Position numbers and translations under genes: made by a program
Notes under the pieces: generated by a model
Told to the model about the DNA's origin: nothing
Database searches by the model: none
The model's input: only the letters and a program-made list of their open reading frames with translations
Shown here: positions 41,423-51,235 of the stretch, one piece after another
Layout: each line of letters opens with the position of its first letter
How positions within the stretch are numbered: the first letter of the stretch is position 1
Origin: Bacteroidales bacterium
Lineage (GTDB): Bacteria > Bacteroidota > Bacteroidia > Bacteroidales > UBA12077
NCBI GenBank assembly: GCA_028282585.1
Contig: JANQHR010000144.1
Coordinates: forward strand, 44,445-108,444
Direction: 5' to 3'
DNA length: 64,000 nucleotides

Positions 41423-42415
41423 ATGAACAATATAACATTTGCAAATCCGAATTTATTATACTTGCTATTAATTATTATGCCGGTTATAGCCTGGTACGTG
41501 TTAAATCATAAAAAAACACATGCAAGTATACAGGTATCAACAATAAAGGGGATTGGGAAAAACCACATAACATACAAACACATTTTAAGACATGTTGTAT
41601 TTGCTTTAAGAGTAATGACAATATCATTAATTATAATTGCTATTGCTCGTCCGCAGTCAACGTTAAGTTGGAAAAATCAAGAATCGGAAGGAATTGACAT
41701 TGTATTAGCTTTGGATATTTCAAGTAGTATGTTAGCCCGAGATTTTGAACCGGATAGATTAGAAGCTGCAAAAGATTTAGCGATACAGTTTATAGCAGGG
41801 CGAAGAAATGATCGTATTGGATTAGTAGTTTTTAGTGGTGAGAGTTTTACACAATGCCCCTTAACAACAGATCATTCGGTTTTAATTAATCTATTTAGAG
41901 ACATTCAAAGTGGTATGATTGAAGACGGTACTGCAATTGGTATGGGTTTGGCAACATCTGTTAGCAGAATAAAAGACAGTGATGCAAAAAGTAAAGTAAT
42001 TATCTTATTAACAGATGGTGTTAATAATCAAGGGGCAATTGCTCCTGCAACTGCTGCCGAACTGGCTCAAACATTTGGAATAAGAGTATATACTATTGGA
42101 GTTGGAACCGAAGGTATGGCACCATATCCAATACAAACTCCATTTGGAACTCAGTTAAGAAATATGCCTGTTGAAATTGATGAAGAAACATTACAAGATA
42201 TTGCTAATAAAACTGGAGGAGAATATTTTAGAGCAACAGATAATGACAAACTAAAACAGATTTATGAACAAATTGATCAATTAGAGAAGACCAAAATCGA
42301 AGTAAAAGAATTTAGTCAAAAGGATGAGGAATTTTTGATTTTTGTTTTAATTGCTGCTCTATTGTTATTATCCGATATAATATTAAGAAATACATTATTA
42401 AGACAAATACCTTAA
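41423..42415 (+). CDS. batA: BatA VWA-domain protein
   Basis: FANP.LL, ARPQ, MIDAS DISSSM, LLTDG. Confidence 0.93.
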   Translation: MNNITFANPNLLYLLLIIMPVIAWYVLNHKKTHASIQVSTIKGIGKNHITYKHILRHVVFALRVMTISLIIIAIARPQSTLSWKNQESEGIDIVLALDISSSMLARDFEPDRLEAAKDLAIQFIAGRRNDRIGLVVFSGESFTQCPLTTDHSVLINLFRDIQSGMIEDGTAIGMGLATSVSRIKDSDAKSKVIILLTDGVNNQGAIAPATAAELAQTFGIRVYTIGVGTEGMAPYPIQTPFGTQLRNMPVEIDEETLQDIANKTGGEYFRATDNDKLKQIYEQIDQLEKTKIEVKEFSQKDEEFLIFVLIAALLLLSDIILRNTLLRQIP

Positions 42416-42418
42416 ATA

Positions 42419-42498
42419 ATTTAAGGTATCAGGTTTCAAATTTTAAATTTACGTTATGTTTGTTGAAATCTGGAATATTAAATTGAAACGAATTGAAT
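42419..42498. repeat. Inverted microrepeat element (7-nt units), no cargo gene
   Basis: ATTTAAG GTATCAG GTTTCAA ATTTTAA on the left; TTGAAAT CTGGAAT ... TTGAAAC on the right. Confidence 0.5.
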
Positions 42499-42499
42499 T

Positions 42500-43537
42500 A
42501 TGTTTAGATTTGGAAATCCGGAATATTTATACTTACTATTAATACTGCCTGTATTAGTATTGTTATTTGTATTAGGGCAGTACTATAAAAAAATGGCACT
42601 TAAAAAGTTTGGTGATATGAGTGTTATAGAACAATTAATGCCATTTGTCTCGAAAACAAAACCTGTTCTTAAATTCATCTTTTTAAGTATTGCAATTATA
42701 TTCATCATATTTGCCTTATCTGACCCTCAGTTTGGTTCAAAGCTGGAGAAAGTAAAGCGAAAAGGTGCAGAAATTATCATTGCACTGGATGTTTCTAATA
42801 GTATGCTAGCTGAAGATATCAAACCAAATAGATTAGAAAGGTCCAAACAAGCTATTTCCAAACTAATTGATAATATGGAAAATGATAGGATAGGTTTGAT
42901 TGTTTTTGCTGGCGACTCATATATTCAGATCCCTGTTACATCAGATTTTTCAGCAGCTAAAATGTTTTTATCATCAATTAATACAAATATTGTTTCAAAA
43001 CAAGGAACAGCAATTGGTTCTGCTATTGATTTAGCTATGAACTCTTTTACTCCTGAAAGTGAAATGGAAAAAGCCTTAATTGTTATTACCGATGGAGAAA
43101 ATCATGAAGATGATGCAATTAAAGCAGCCAAACTTGCTCAGGAAAAGGGAATAACGGTTCATACAATCGGAATGGGGAGCCCTCAAGGTGCTCCAATTCC
43201 GTTACAAAAAGGATTTGGGCAAACCATTTTTCAAAAAGATAAGGATGGCAATACAGTAATAAGTAAGTTGGATCAAAGAAATTTACAGGAAATTGCTACA
43301 AATGGTGGTGGTGTTTTTATAAGGGCAAGTAATTCGCAAACTGGTTTAAATAAATTATTCGAACGCATCAATGAGATGGAAAAAAAGGAGATGGAAGAAA
43401 AAATCTACACAGAATTCGAACATCGTTTCCAGTATTTGTTAGGTATAGCACTTTTATTTATTCTTTTGGATATTTTTGTTTTGGAACGAAAGAATAAGTG
43501 GTCAAAGAATTTTAATGTATTTAAAATTAACGCATAG
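42500..43537 (+). CDS. batB: BatB VWA-domain protein
   Basis: DVSNSM, ITDGENHE; follows batA. Confidence 0.92.
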   Translation: MFRFGNPEYLYLLLILPVLVLLFVLGQYYKKMALKKFGDMSVIEQLMPFVSKTKPVLKFIFLSIAIIFIIFALSDPQFGSKLEKVKRKGAEIIIALDVSNSMLAEDIKPNRLERSKQAISKLIDNMENDRIGLIVFAGDSYIQIPVTSDFSAAKMFLSSINTNIVSKQGTAIGSAIDLAMNSFTPESEMEKALIVITDGENHEDDAIKAAKLAQEKGITVHTIGMGSPQGAPIPLQKGFGQTIFQKDKDGNTVISKLDQRNLQEIATNGGGVFIRASNSQTGLNKLFERINEMEKKEMEEKIYTEFEHRFQYLLGIALLFILLDIFVLERKNKWSKNFNVFKINA

Positions 43538-43539
43538 TT

Positions 43540-44238
43540 ATGAGGTGGCTTAAATTGATTTTTATTATTGGTTTTATTCTTTTTGCATACAATGTATTTG
43601 CTCAGAAAGAACGTAAGTATATTCGTCAGGGAAATAGGGAGTTTGAAAACGAGAGATTTGAACAATCTGAAATTGATTATAGAAAGGCAATTGATTTAGA
43701 TGAGAAGAAATCGCACAAACCATTATTTAATGTTGGAAGTGCTTTATATAAACAAGAAAAATATACGGAAGCAATTGATCAATTTAGTAATTTGACTAAC
43801 TATGAGCTAAATAAGGAAGAAAAAGCTAAAATATATCATAATTTAGGAAATTCTTTATTACAAAGTAATAAATTGCAGGAAAGTATTGAGGCATATAAAA
43901 ATGCCTTAAGAAATAATCCAAAAGATATGGATACTAAATATAATTTGGCTTATGCACAAAAGAAATTAGAAGAACAACAACAAGATCAAAATCAAGATCA
44001 AAATCAAGATCAAAATCAAGATCAGAATCAAGATCAGAATCAACAAGATCAACAAGATCAACAAGATCAACAAGATCAAAATCAAGATCAGCAACAGCAG
44101 CAACAACAACCGGAAATCTCTAAAGAAGATGCAGAGCGAATATTGCAGGCATTAGCAAATGACGAAAAAGAAACACAAAAGAAAGTTAAAGAACAACAAG
44201 CTGCTGCAGCTAAAGTGAAAACGGAGAAAGAATGGTAA
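43540..44238 (+). CDS. batC: BatC TPR protein with Q/D/N-rich linker
   Basis: TPRs (HNLGN, YKNALR.NP, YNLAYA), low-complexity linker, EKEW end. Confidence 0.9.
   Translation: MRWLKLIFIIGFILFAYNVFAQKERKYIRQGNREFENERFEQSEIDYRKAIDLDEKKSHKPLFNVGSALYKQEKYTEAIDQFSNLTNYELNKEEKAKIYHNLGNSLLQSNKLQESIEAYKNALRNNPKDMDTKYNLAYAQKKLEEQQQDQNQDQNQDQNQDQNQDQNQQDQQDQQDQQDQNQDQQQQQQQPEISKEDAERILQALANDEKETQKKVKEQQAAAAKVKTEKEW
43981..44109 (+). repeat. Coding tandem repeats in batC
   Basis: 5x CAAGATCARAAT (43981-44040), 4x CAACAAGAT (44041-44076), then a poly-Gln codon run. Confidence 0.95.
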
Positions 44239-44270
44239 GTTTTAAGCTTTAAATTGAAAAAAGGAACCAG

Positions 44271-46079
44271 ATGAAAAGGTTGTATTTTATTATATTATTA
44301 ATATTTGCAAAATGTACATTCGCACAAGATGTTACATTCATTGCATCAGCACCTGAGGTTGTTGAGCTGGGACAGCAATTCAGGTTAATTTATACAATAA
44401 ATGCTCAGGCCGAGAAGTTTTCCGCTCCTGCAATAAATGAGTTTTCGGTTTTAGCAGGCCCAAGTACTTCTCAGTCCAGTAATGTAAGTATTATTAATGG
44501 AAAAGTAACCCAGAATTTCGAATTAAAATATACTTATGTTGTGCAGGCAAATAAAGAAGGCGAATTTTCTATTCCACCGGCAGAGGTTGTTGTTGATAAT
44601 AAAACATATAAATCAAACCCTGTAACTATTGAAGTTATTAAAGGATCTCCGGGGCAACAAACTGATCCTTCAATAGTTTCAACACGGCCCAATCAATCAA
44701 ATCAAAGCGAAGTATCTAATTCAGATTTATATATAAAGATTTTTGTAACAAAACAAAAAGTGCATCGTGAGGAACATTTAGTTGCAACAATTAAGTTATT
44801 TTCAAAACTTAATATTACCAGATTAGAAAATGCAAAACTTCCTTCACTGCAAGGTTTTATTACCGAAGAGTTGGAGGTTCCTCCTCTTACAAGTTTAAAT
44901 AGGGAAAGAATAAATGATCAGGTTTATTTAACAGGTATTTTAAAGAAGTACGTTTTATTTCCTCAAAAATCAGGAAAAATAGAAATCGAACCATTCGAAT
45001 TAGATGTTTATTACCAAAAACCAGGTAACAGGCGATCGAGAAGTATGTTTGAGGATTTTTTTGGAGCTGTTGATGTGGAGGGAAAGAGAGTAAGAAGTAA
45101 CAAAGTTATAATTGATGTTGAGGAGTTACCTGAAAATAAACCTTTTAATTTCTCGGGAGCAGTTGGAAAATTTAACTTAACAGCATCAGTTGACAATCAA
45201 AATGTTAAAACAAATGATGCGATAAATTTAAAAGTAAAAATATCCGGTAATGGTAATCTTAAATTTATAAACCCATTAAGTATTGATTTTCCTGCGGATT
45301 TTGATATTTATGATCCTAAAGTTAGTGATAATATTAAATATGGAGAGAGTGGTGCAATCGGTAATAAAAGTTTTGAATATTTAATGATTCCTCGCCATGC
45401 TGGTGAATTTACGATACCAGTGTTTAGTTTTACTTATTTTAATACGGAAACTGATCGATATACAACAGAAAAAGCTGGTCCTTTCAGAATTAATGTTGCA
45501 AAATCAGAAGGAGACACAGCAGTAACTGTTTCATCCGCGTTTACCAAAGAAGACCTAAGGTTTTTGGGTCAAGATATTCGATTCATAAAAAATAATGTGA
45601 ATCTAAAAAAAACAGGTCAATTTATATTTGGATCAAATGTATTTTGGTTATCTTATATTATAGGTATTTTATTATTTGTAATAATTTATATTTTCCGTCG
45701 TAAGAAAATGAAGGAGAATGAAAATGTAATGCTTATTAAAAATAAAAAAGCAAATAAGTTTGCTAAGAAGAGACTAAAAACGGCGTCTGGTTTTATAAAA
45801 CAAAATCAACAAGAAGCATTTTATGAGGAATTAGTTAAGGCGCTTTGGGGATATATAAGTGATAAATTGGGAATTCCGGTTGCAAATTTATCTAAAGATA
45901 ATGCAAGAACCGAAATGATTAACAAACAGGTTGAAGAAGAATATATTGATCAGATATTGAATATAATTGATCGTTGTGAATATGCGCGTTATGCACCCGC
46001 TACCGAAGAAACAAAAATGGATACATTGTATAATGATGCAATAAAGGTTATTAGTAAGTTACAGCAAAAACTGAAATAG
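44271..46079 (+). CDS. batD: BatD protein
   Basis: AGPSTSQS, LFPQKSG, AVG.F, G.GN, C-terminal TM and CEYARYAP. Confidence 0.9.
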   Translation: MKRLYFIILLIFAKCTFAQDVTFIASAPEVVELGQQFRLIYTINAQAEKFSAPAINEFSVLAGPSTSQSSNVSIINGKVTQNFELKYTYVVQANKEGEFSIPPAEVVVDNKTYKSNPVTIEVIKGSPGQQTDPSIVSTRPNQSNQSEVSNSDLYIKIFVTKQKVHREEHLVATIKLFSKLNITRLENAKLPSLQGFITEELEVPPLTSLNRERINDQVYLTGILKKYVLFPQKSGKIEIEPFELDVYYQKPGNRRSRSMFEDFFGAVDVEGKRVRSNKVIIDVEELPENKPFNFSGAVGKFNLTASVDNQNVKTNDAINLKVKISGNGNLKFINPLSIDFPADFDIYDPKVSDNIKYGESGAIGNKSFEYLMIPRHAGEFTIPVFSFTYFNTETDRYTTEKAGPFRINVAKSEGDTAVTVSSAFTKEDLRFLGQDIRFIKNNVNLKKTGQFIFGSNVFWLSYIIGILLFVIIYIFRRKKMKENENVMLIKNKKANKFAKKRLKTASGFIKQNQQEAFYEELVKALWGYISDKLGIPVANLSKDNARTEMINKQVEEEYIDQILNIIDRCEYARYAPATEETKMDTLYNDAIKVISKLQQKLK

Positions 46080-46091
46080 AGGAAGTTTATT

Positions 46092-46844
46092 ATGAAAAGA
46101 ACCTTATTTACCATTATTTCGATTTTAGCGGCATTTTATACGAATGCTCAGGAAGCTGACAGTTTGCTTAAAGCAAACGATTTATATGCCAAAGGAAATT
46201 TTCAGGATGCGGCTGTTGTTTATGAAAATATTTTAAATCAAGGATTTGAATCGGCAGAACTTTATTATAATCTGGGAAATGCGTATTATAAACAAAATGT
46301 TGTTGCAAAAGCAATTTTGTATTACGAAAAGGCTCTTCATTTAGCTCCAAACGATGAAGATATTAAATACAACCTTGAACTGGTAAATCGCTTTGTAGTT
46401 GATAAAATTGAAGTATTACCGGTTTTCTTTATTACCGAATGGATCCGAAATATGAGAAATATATTCAAATCGGATATTTGGGCAATAGTTAGTATTGGAA
46501 CATTCATACTTACTTTAATCTTCATTTCTTTATACCTTTACAGTCGTGGTTTAGCATTTAAAAAATTTTCCTTTTGGATAAGCTTAATGTTTATCTTGAT
46601 AACTGTAGTGTCATTTATATTTTCATATCAGCAAAAAAGAAAAATTCTTTCCGGAGGTTCTGCAATTGTTATAAGCCCATCTGTTACAGTTAAAAGTTCA
46701 CCTGATGTTAGTGGAACAGATTTATTTGTTATTCATGAAGGAACCAAAGTTTGGATTGAAGACAAAATTTCTGACTGGAAAGAAATAAAATTAAGCGATG
46801 GAAGTAAAGGATGGCTAAAAGTAGAAGATATAGAGACAATTTAA
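46092..46844 (+). CDS. batE: BatE TPR-TM-SH3 protein
   Basis: YYNLGNAYYK, two TM helices, HEGTKV..W.EI.L.DG.KGW. Confidence 0.92.
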   Translation: MKRTLFTIISILAAFYTNAQEADSLLKANDLYAKGNFQDAAVVYENILNQGFESAELYYNLGNAYYKQNVVAKAILYYEKALHLAPNDEDIKYNLELVNRFVVDKIEVLPVFFITEWIRNMRNIFKSDIWAIVSIGTFILTLIFISLYLYSRGLAFKKFSFWISLMFILITVVSFIFSYQQKRKILSGGSAIVISPSVTVKSSPDVSGTDLFVIHEGTKVWIEDKISDWKEIKLSDGSKGWLKVEDIETI

Positions 46845-46958
46845 CTTTTTGTATCTGCCCATAAGAATTTGTAATGGATAATTACTATTAAGTGTTTTAC
46901 TTTAGGTTATTTTACTCCTGCTTTTATCGGATTTTCTTAAATTAACACACTGATAAAG

Positions 46959-47390
46959 ATGTATATGTGCGTACCAAAAAAGGTGTATTATTTCAATCTT
47001 GATGTTGATGTGCCGGTTAATTGCGCAGTTTCCCCTGAACCTACTTTTGTTAATGCTTATCCTGTAACTCAGCATATGAATACAGGAAGAAAAGCTTTAT
47101 AAAGAGAAACTAACATGACGATAAAAAATGATGCCAAACATTGTATGGGTTGCAAGAGGTGTGCAAAAACATGTATAGGAATGAGGGGCGGAGTGATGCA
47201 CTTAAATTTGGTAACAAGTAAGCTGGAATGTATATGTAATATATGCGACGACAACTCATCTTGTGTTAAAAACTACCCATTCGGAGCTTTGAGCTTTATG
47301 GGAATACCTATTGATAGGCAGTTGGCAGATTTGGCTTCTGCAGGGGCAGCAGAAAGATTAGTTGAACAACTTTATAATTTAAATGTTTAG
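46959..47390 (+). pseudogene. Decayed 4Fe-4S dicluster protein (AOR partner)
   Basis: Same frame as ORF 47115: ...DVDVPVNCAVSPEPTFVNAYP...GRKAL*RETNMTIKNDAKHCMGCKRCAKTC...CNICDDNSSCVKNYPFGAL. TAA at 47100-47102; several expected Cys are S/F/Y. Confidence 0.8.
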
Positions 47391-47399
47391 GAGGAAGAT

Positions 47400-49214
47400 A
47401 TGACTATAAAAGGATATTACGGAAAAATATTAGATATTAATCTTAAAACCGGAGAGATTAAAAATACACTAATACCAGAAGAAGATATTAAAAGATTCAT
47501 AGGAGGGAGAGGGTTGGGAATGAAAATTTTATGGGATAAGCTTCCAAATCCGGGAGTGGATCCACTTTCACCTGAAAATGTTTTATTATTCATGCCTGGG
47601 CCGTTTTCAGGCTTACCGATACCTTCTTCATCAAGAACATGTGTTGTTACTAAATCGCCTCGTACTTCTGCAATTAATCCAACTTATGATCATGGCTCAA
47701 CAGTAAGTTATTCCAATATGGGTGGATTTTTTGGCCCGGAAATAAGATTTGCCGGTTATGATGGAATTTGCGTTACAGGTAAAGCTGAAAAACCAGTGTA
47801 TATTAAAATTGAAGATGATAAGGTAGAAATCAAGGATGCAGTCAAATTTTGGGGAATGGAAACCAATGAATTTGATAATGCATTAATAGAAGAGTTGGGT
47901 GATAGAAAATTTGAATCTTGTTATATTGGATTAGCTGGAGAAAACCTGGTTCCAATGGCATGTATACTAAATACAGCTGCAAGAGCAGCAGGTCGAGGAG
48001 GAACAGGTTGTGTAATGGGATCTAAGAATTTAAAGGCTATCGCTGTTAAAGGAACCAAATCATTAGAAGTAGCAAACCATAAAGATTATCTTAATCTATT
48101 ATCCCAAGTAAGAAAATCCTTTAAGGAAAATAATAAGGAGGGACTTAAGTGGTGGCGTTCCGGCAAAACTGCAAAATTTTCAGCCAGTTCTAGCCGAAAT
48201 GGGACACAAGCTGTAAAAAATTATAGCGAAGGAACATTTGCGCAGATCGAAAAGATAACAACAGAAGGTAAACAAGAAAAAGTCTGGAAACGCGATTTTG
48301 CATGTTTTTCTTGTGCGTTGGCTTGTAAGAAATCTGTTATTACAAAAGATTCTTATGGTGTTATGGTTCAAGATGGTCATGAGCATGAAACAGGTACTAC
48401 ATTAGGTTCAAATCTTTTAATTTCTGATTTAGCGGGATTACAAAAGCTAATTGCCGTTTCAGATGATTATGGTATTGATATTATTTCTGTTGGAAATACT
48501 ATTGGATTCTTAATGGAAGCTTATGAAAAAGGAATTATCGACAAGGCCTATCTAGATGGAATTGATTTAAAATGGGGAAGTGTAGCCGGTTCTCTGGAAA
48601 TGATACATAAAATTTGTAAAAGGGAAGGTATTGGCAATAAAGCATGTAATGGAGTTAAATTTATGGCTAACGAAATTGGGCAGGATTCACATAAATTTGC
48701 TATTCATATAAAAGGTCATGAATTGGCAACCTGGAATGTTCCGGTTAATTCGGGATATTGGAGTATTTGTTATGCTACTAGTAATCGAGGTGCTTGTCAT
48801 ATGAATGGTGGTATACCTCAATATCAAAATGCAGCCGCATTAAGGGATTCATTAGCCGCCTGTAGTTTTGCTAGTAGGTGGTATCGAAATGAAAATAGTT
48901 ATGCAAAATTTTTAACAGCAATTACAGGGGTTGAATGGACAGATGATGAAATAGATAAAGCCGGATCGAGGATTTTTACTCTGGAAAAGATGTTTAATTA
49001 CCGTGAAGGTTTTAGAAAAGAAGATGATACGATTCCTCCTAAATTCTTTGAAAATAAATTTACTGTTGGCGATCATAAAGGAGCCATAGTAGATAAAAAT
49101 ATATTTTCAAAAGATTTAGATAACTTTTATAAAGAAAGAGGTTGGGATTTGAAAACATCACGACCAAAAGATGAAACTTTAAAGAACTTGGATCTGGAAT
49201 TTACAATTAGCTGA
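47400..49214 (+). CDS. aor: Aldehyde:ferredoxin oxidoreductase family (W/Mo-pterin) protein
   Basis: FIGGRGLG, AAGRGG.G.VMGSKNLKAI, CFSCALAC, RGACH, DSLAAC, RGWD; AGGAGG at 47389-47394. Confidence 0.9.
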   Translation: MTIKGYYGKILDINLKTGEIKNTLIPEEDIKRFIGGRGLGMKILWDKLPNPGVDPLSPENVLLFMPGPFSGLPIPSSSRTCVVTKSPRTSAINPTYDHGSTVSYSNMGGFFGPEIRFAGYDGICVTGKAEKPVYIKIEDDKVEIKDAVKFWGMETNEFDNALIEELGDRKFESCYIGLAGENLVPMACILNTAARAAGRGGTGCVMGSKNLKAIAVKGTKSLEVANHKDYLNLLSQVRKSFKENNKEGLKWWRSGKTAKFSASSSRNGTQAVKNYSEGTFAQIEKITTEGKQEKVWKRDFACFSCALACKKSVITKDSYGVMVQDGHEHETGTTLGSNLLISDLAGLQKLIAVSDDYGIDIISVGNTIGFLMEAYEKGIIDKAYLDGIDLKWGSVAGSLEMIHKICKREGIGNKACNGVKFMANEIGQDSHKFAIHIKGHELATWNVPVNSGYWSICYATSNRGACHMNGGIPQYQNAAALRDSLAACSFASRWYRNENSYAKFLTAITGVEWTDDEIDKAGSRIFTLEKMFNYREGFRKEDDTIPPKFFENKFTVGDHKGAIVDKNIFSKDLDNFYKERGWDLKTSRPKDETLKNLDLEFTIS

Positions 49215-49240
49215 AAATTGAACTAAATAAATATTGAAAG

Positions 49241-49274
49241 ATGGTGCAGATTAAAGCTTGCACCATTTCTTTTT
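49241..49274 (+). terminator. Intrinsic terminator after aor
   Basis: ATGGTGCA-N10-TGCACCAT followed by a T-rich tail; TAATTTTG -7 box follows at 49277-49284. Confidence 0.75.
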
Positions 49275-49311
49275 ATTAATTTTGCTTTACTCAAATCTAA
49301 TAATTAAAAAA

Positions 49312-50997
49312 ATGTCAGAAGATAAGCAAATCATTTTTTCGATGTACAAGGTGAGCAAGACTTACCCGCCAAATAAAACTGTAATTAAAGATATAAGCCT
49401 TTCTTTCTTTTTAGGAGCAAAGATTGGTATCATTGGTTTAAATGGTAGCGGAAAATCTACTTTGTTACGAATAATTGCGGGACAAGATAAATCATTTAAT
49501 GGAGAGTTGGTATTTTCGCCTGGATATTCGGTAGGATTACTGGAACAAGAACCTCAGTTAGATGAAAATAAAACAGTCAAAGAGATTGTAATGGAAGGTG
49601 TTAGAGAGGTTGCAGATGTTCTTCAAAAATATGAAGAGGTAAATAAAAAATTTGAATTACCCGAAATATATGAGAATCCGGAAGCAATGGATAAGTTGAT
49701 GGCAGAACAAGCTACATTGCAGGAAAAAATAGATCAGTTAGATGCTTGGAACATTGATACCAAACTGAATAGAGCAATGGATGCTTTACAATGTCCACCG
49801 GATGATCAACCAATTAAGGAACTCTCTGGAGGAGAACGTCGTAGAGTTGCTTTATGTCGCTTACTATTACAAGAACCTGATGTTTTATTATTGGATGAGC
49901 CTACGAACCATTTGGATGCAGAAAGTATGCTTTGGTTAGAACAACATCTTCAACATTATAAAGGAACAGTAATATGCATAACTCACGACCGTTATTTTCT
50001 GGATAATGTTGCCGGTTGGATTTTGGAATTAGATCGAGGTGAAGGTATTCCTTGGAAAGGTAACTATACATCATGGTTGGAGCAGAAGTCCAAACGGCTT
50101 GAAATGGAAGAAAAGGTAGCTTCTAAACGAAGAAAAACTTTAGAGAGAGAGTTAGAATGGGTTAGAATGGCTCCAAAAGCGCGTCATGCCAAATCCAAAG
50201 CACGTTTATCAGCATATGATAAAATGATGAACGAAGATGTAAAACAAAAAGAAGAACGCTTGGAAATTTACATTCCTAATGGACCTCGTTTAGGCGATAA
50301 GGTTATAAGTGTTGAAGGATTAAATAAAGCTTACGGTGATAGAATTTTAATAAACGATTTGAGTTTTACTTTACCTCCCGCAGGGATTGTTGGTATAATT
50401 GGACCCAATGGTGCTGGTAAAACAACTTTGTTTCGTATGATCATGCAACAGGAACAACCTGACAATGGTAGTATGGAAATTGGCGAAACAGTAAAAATTA
50501 GTTATGTGGACCAAACTCATAAAGCTATTGATCCTGAAAAAACGGTATTTGAAGTTATTTCTGATGGATTAGAGAATATACAACTTGGAAATCGAACCAT
50601 GAATGCCCGGGCATATGTTTCGCGGTTTAATTTTAGTGGATCTGATCAGGAAAAGAAGTGTGATGTACTTTCAGGTGGTGAAAGAAACCGATTACATTTA
50701 GCTTTAGCTTTAAAAGCAGAAGGAAATGTATTATTACTTGATGAGCCAACCAATGATATAGATGTGAATACACTACGTGCCTTAGAAGAAGGTTTGGAAA
50801 GTTTTGCAGGTTGTGCAGTTGTTATTAGTCACGACCGTTGGTTCCTGGATCGAATTGCAACGCATATTTTAGCTTACGAAGGTAATGGTTACGTTCATTT
50901 CTTCGAAGGATCATTCTCTGAATATGAAGAAAACCGTAAAAAACGACTTGGAACAGATTCTCCTAAACGATTTAAGTATAAGAAGTTATTAAAGTAA
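49312..50997 (+). CDS. ettA: Energy-dependent translational throttle protein (ABC-F)
   Basis: Two ABC domains (GLNGSGKST, LSGGERRR, GPNGAGKTT, LSGGERNR), ELEWVR; ATG 49312 preferred over TTG 49258. Confidence 0.96.
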   Translation: MSEDKQIIFSMYKVSKTYPPNKTVIKDISLSFFLGAKIGIIGLNGSGKSTLLRIIAGQDKSFNGELVFSPGYSVGLLEQEPQLDENKTVKEIVMEGVREVADVLQKYEEVNKKFELPEIYENPEAMDKLMAEQATLQEKIDQLDAWNIDTKLNRAMDALQCPPDDQPIKELSGGERRRVALCRLLLQEPDVLLLDEPTNHLDAESMLWLEQHLQHYKGTVICITHDRYFLDNVAGWILELDRGEGIPWKGNYTSWLEQKSKRLEMEEKVASKRRKTLERELEWVRMAPKARHAKSKARLSAYDKMMNEDVKQKEERLEIYIPNGPRLGDKVISVEGLNKAYGDRILINDLSFTLPPAGIVGIIGPNGAGKTTLFRMIMQQEQPDNGSMEIGETVKISYVDQTHKAIDPEKTVFEVISDGLENIQLGNRTMNARAYVSRFNFSGSDQEKKCDVLSGGERNRLHLALALKAEGNVLLLDEPTNDIDVNTLRALEEGLESFAGCAVVISHDRWFLDRIATHILAYEGNGYVHFFEGSFSEYEENRKKRLGTDSPKRFKYKKLLK

Positions 50998-51023
50998 CAT
51001 TAATATTCAAAGACTTTTTAGAA

Positions 51024-51110
51024 TGTTGTTCTTTTCTAGCAACCATTTTGGCTGTTGTCGTTTTTAAGCAACCAAACAATTTGTTGTTACATTTTAACAA
51101 CAAATCGATA
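51024..51110. repeat. Three tandem 29-bp palindromic units (candidate operator array)
   Basis: TGTTGT at 51024, 51053 and 51082, each forming GTTG-N11-CAAC. Confidence 0.75.
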
Positions 51111-51128
51111 ATTTATATATGTTGGAGG

Positions 51129-51155
51129 AAGCACAGTCAAAAAACTGTGCTTTTT
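51129..51155 (+). terminator. Intrinsic terminator
   Basis: AAGCACAGT-CAAAAA-ACTGTGCTT followed by TTT. Confidence 0.8.
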
Positions 51156-51235
51156 AATTATATCTTAAAGGTTCCATTGTTATTTTACGTTCCGGTATCT
51201 GTATATTTGCGCCATTTTAAGGTCAGAAATAAAAT

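Noticed and set aside
30791-47102. Stop-codon recoding (Sec, Pyl or alternative code) at the two in-frame stops
   Set aside because: Both are TAA, which terminates many normal genes here; the ferredoxin also shows independent decay.
51024-51110. CRISPR array
   Set aside because: The units are contiguous and degenerate, with no unique spacers and no cas genes.
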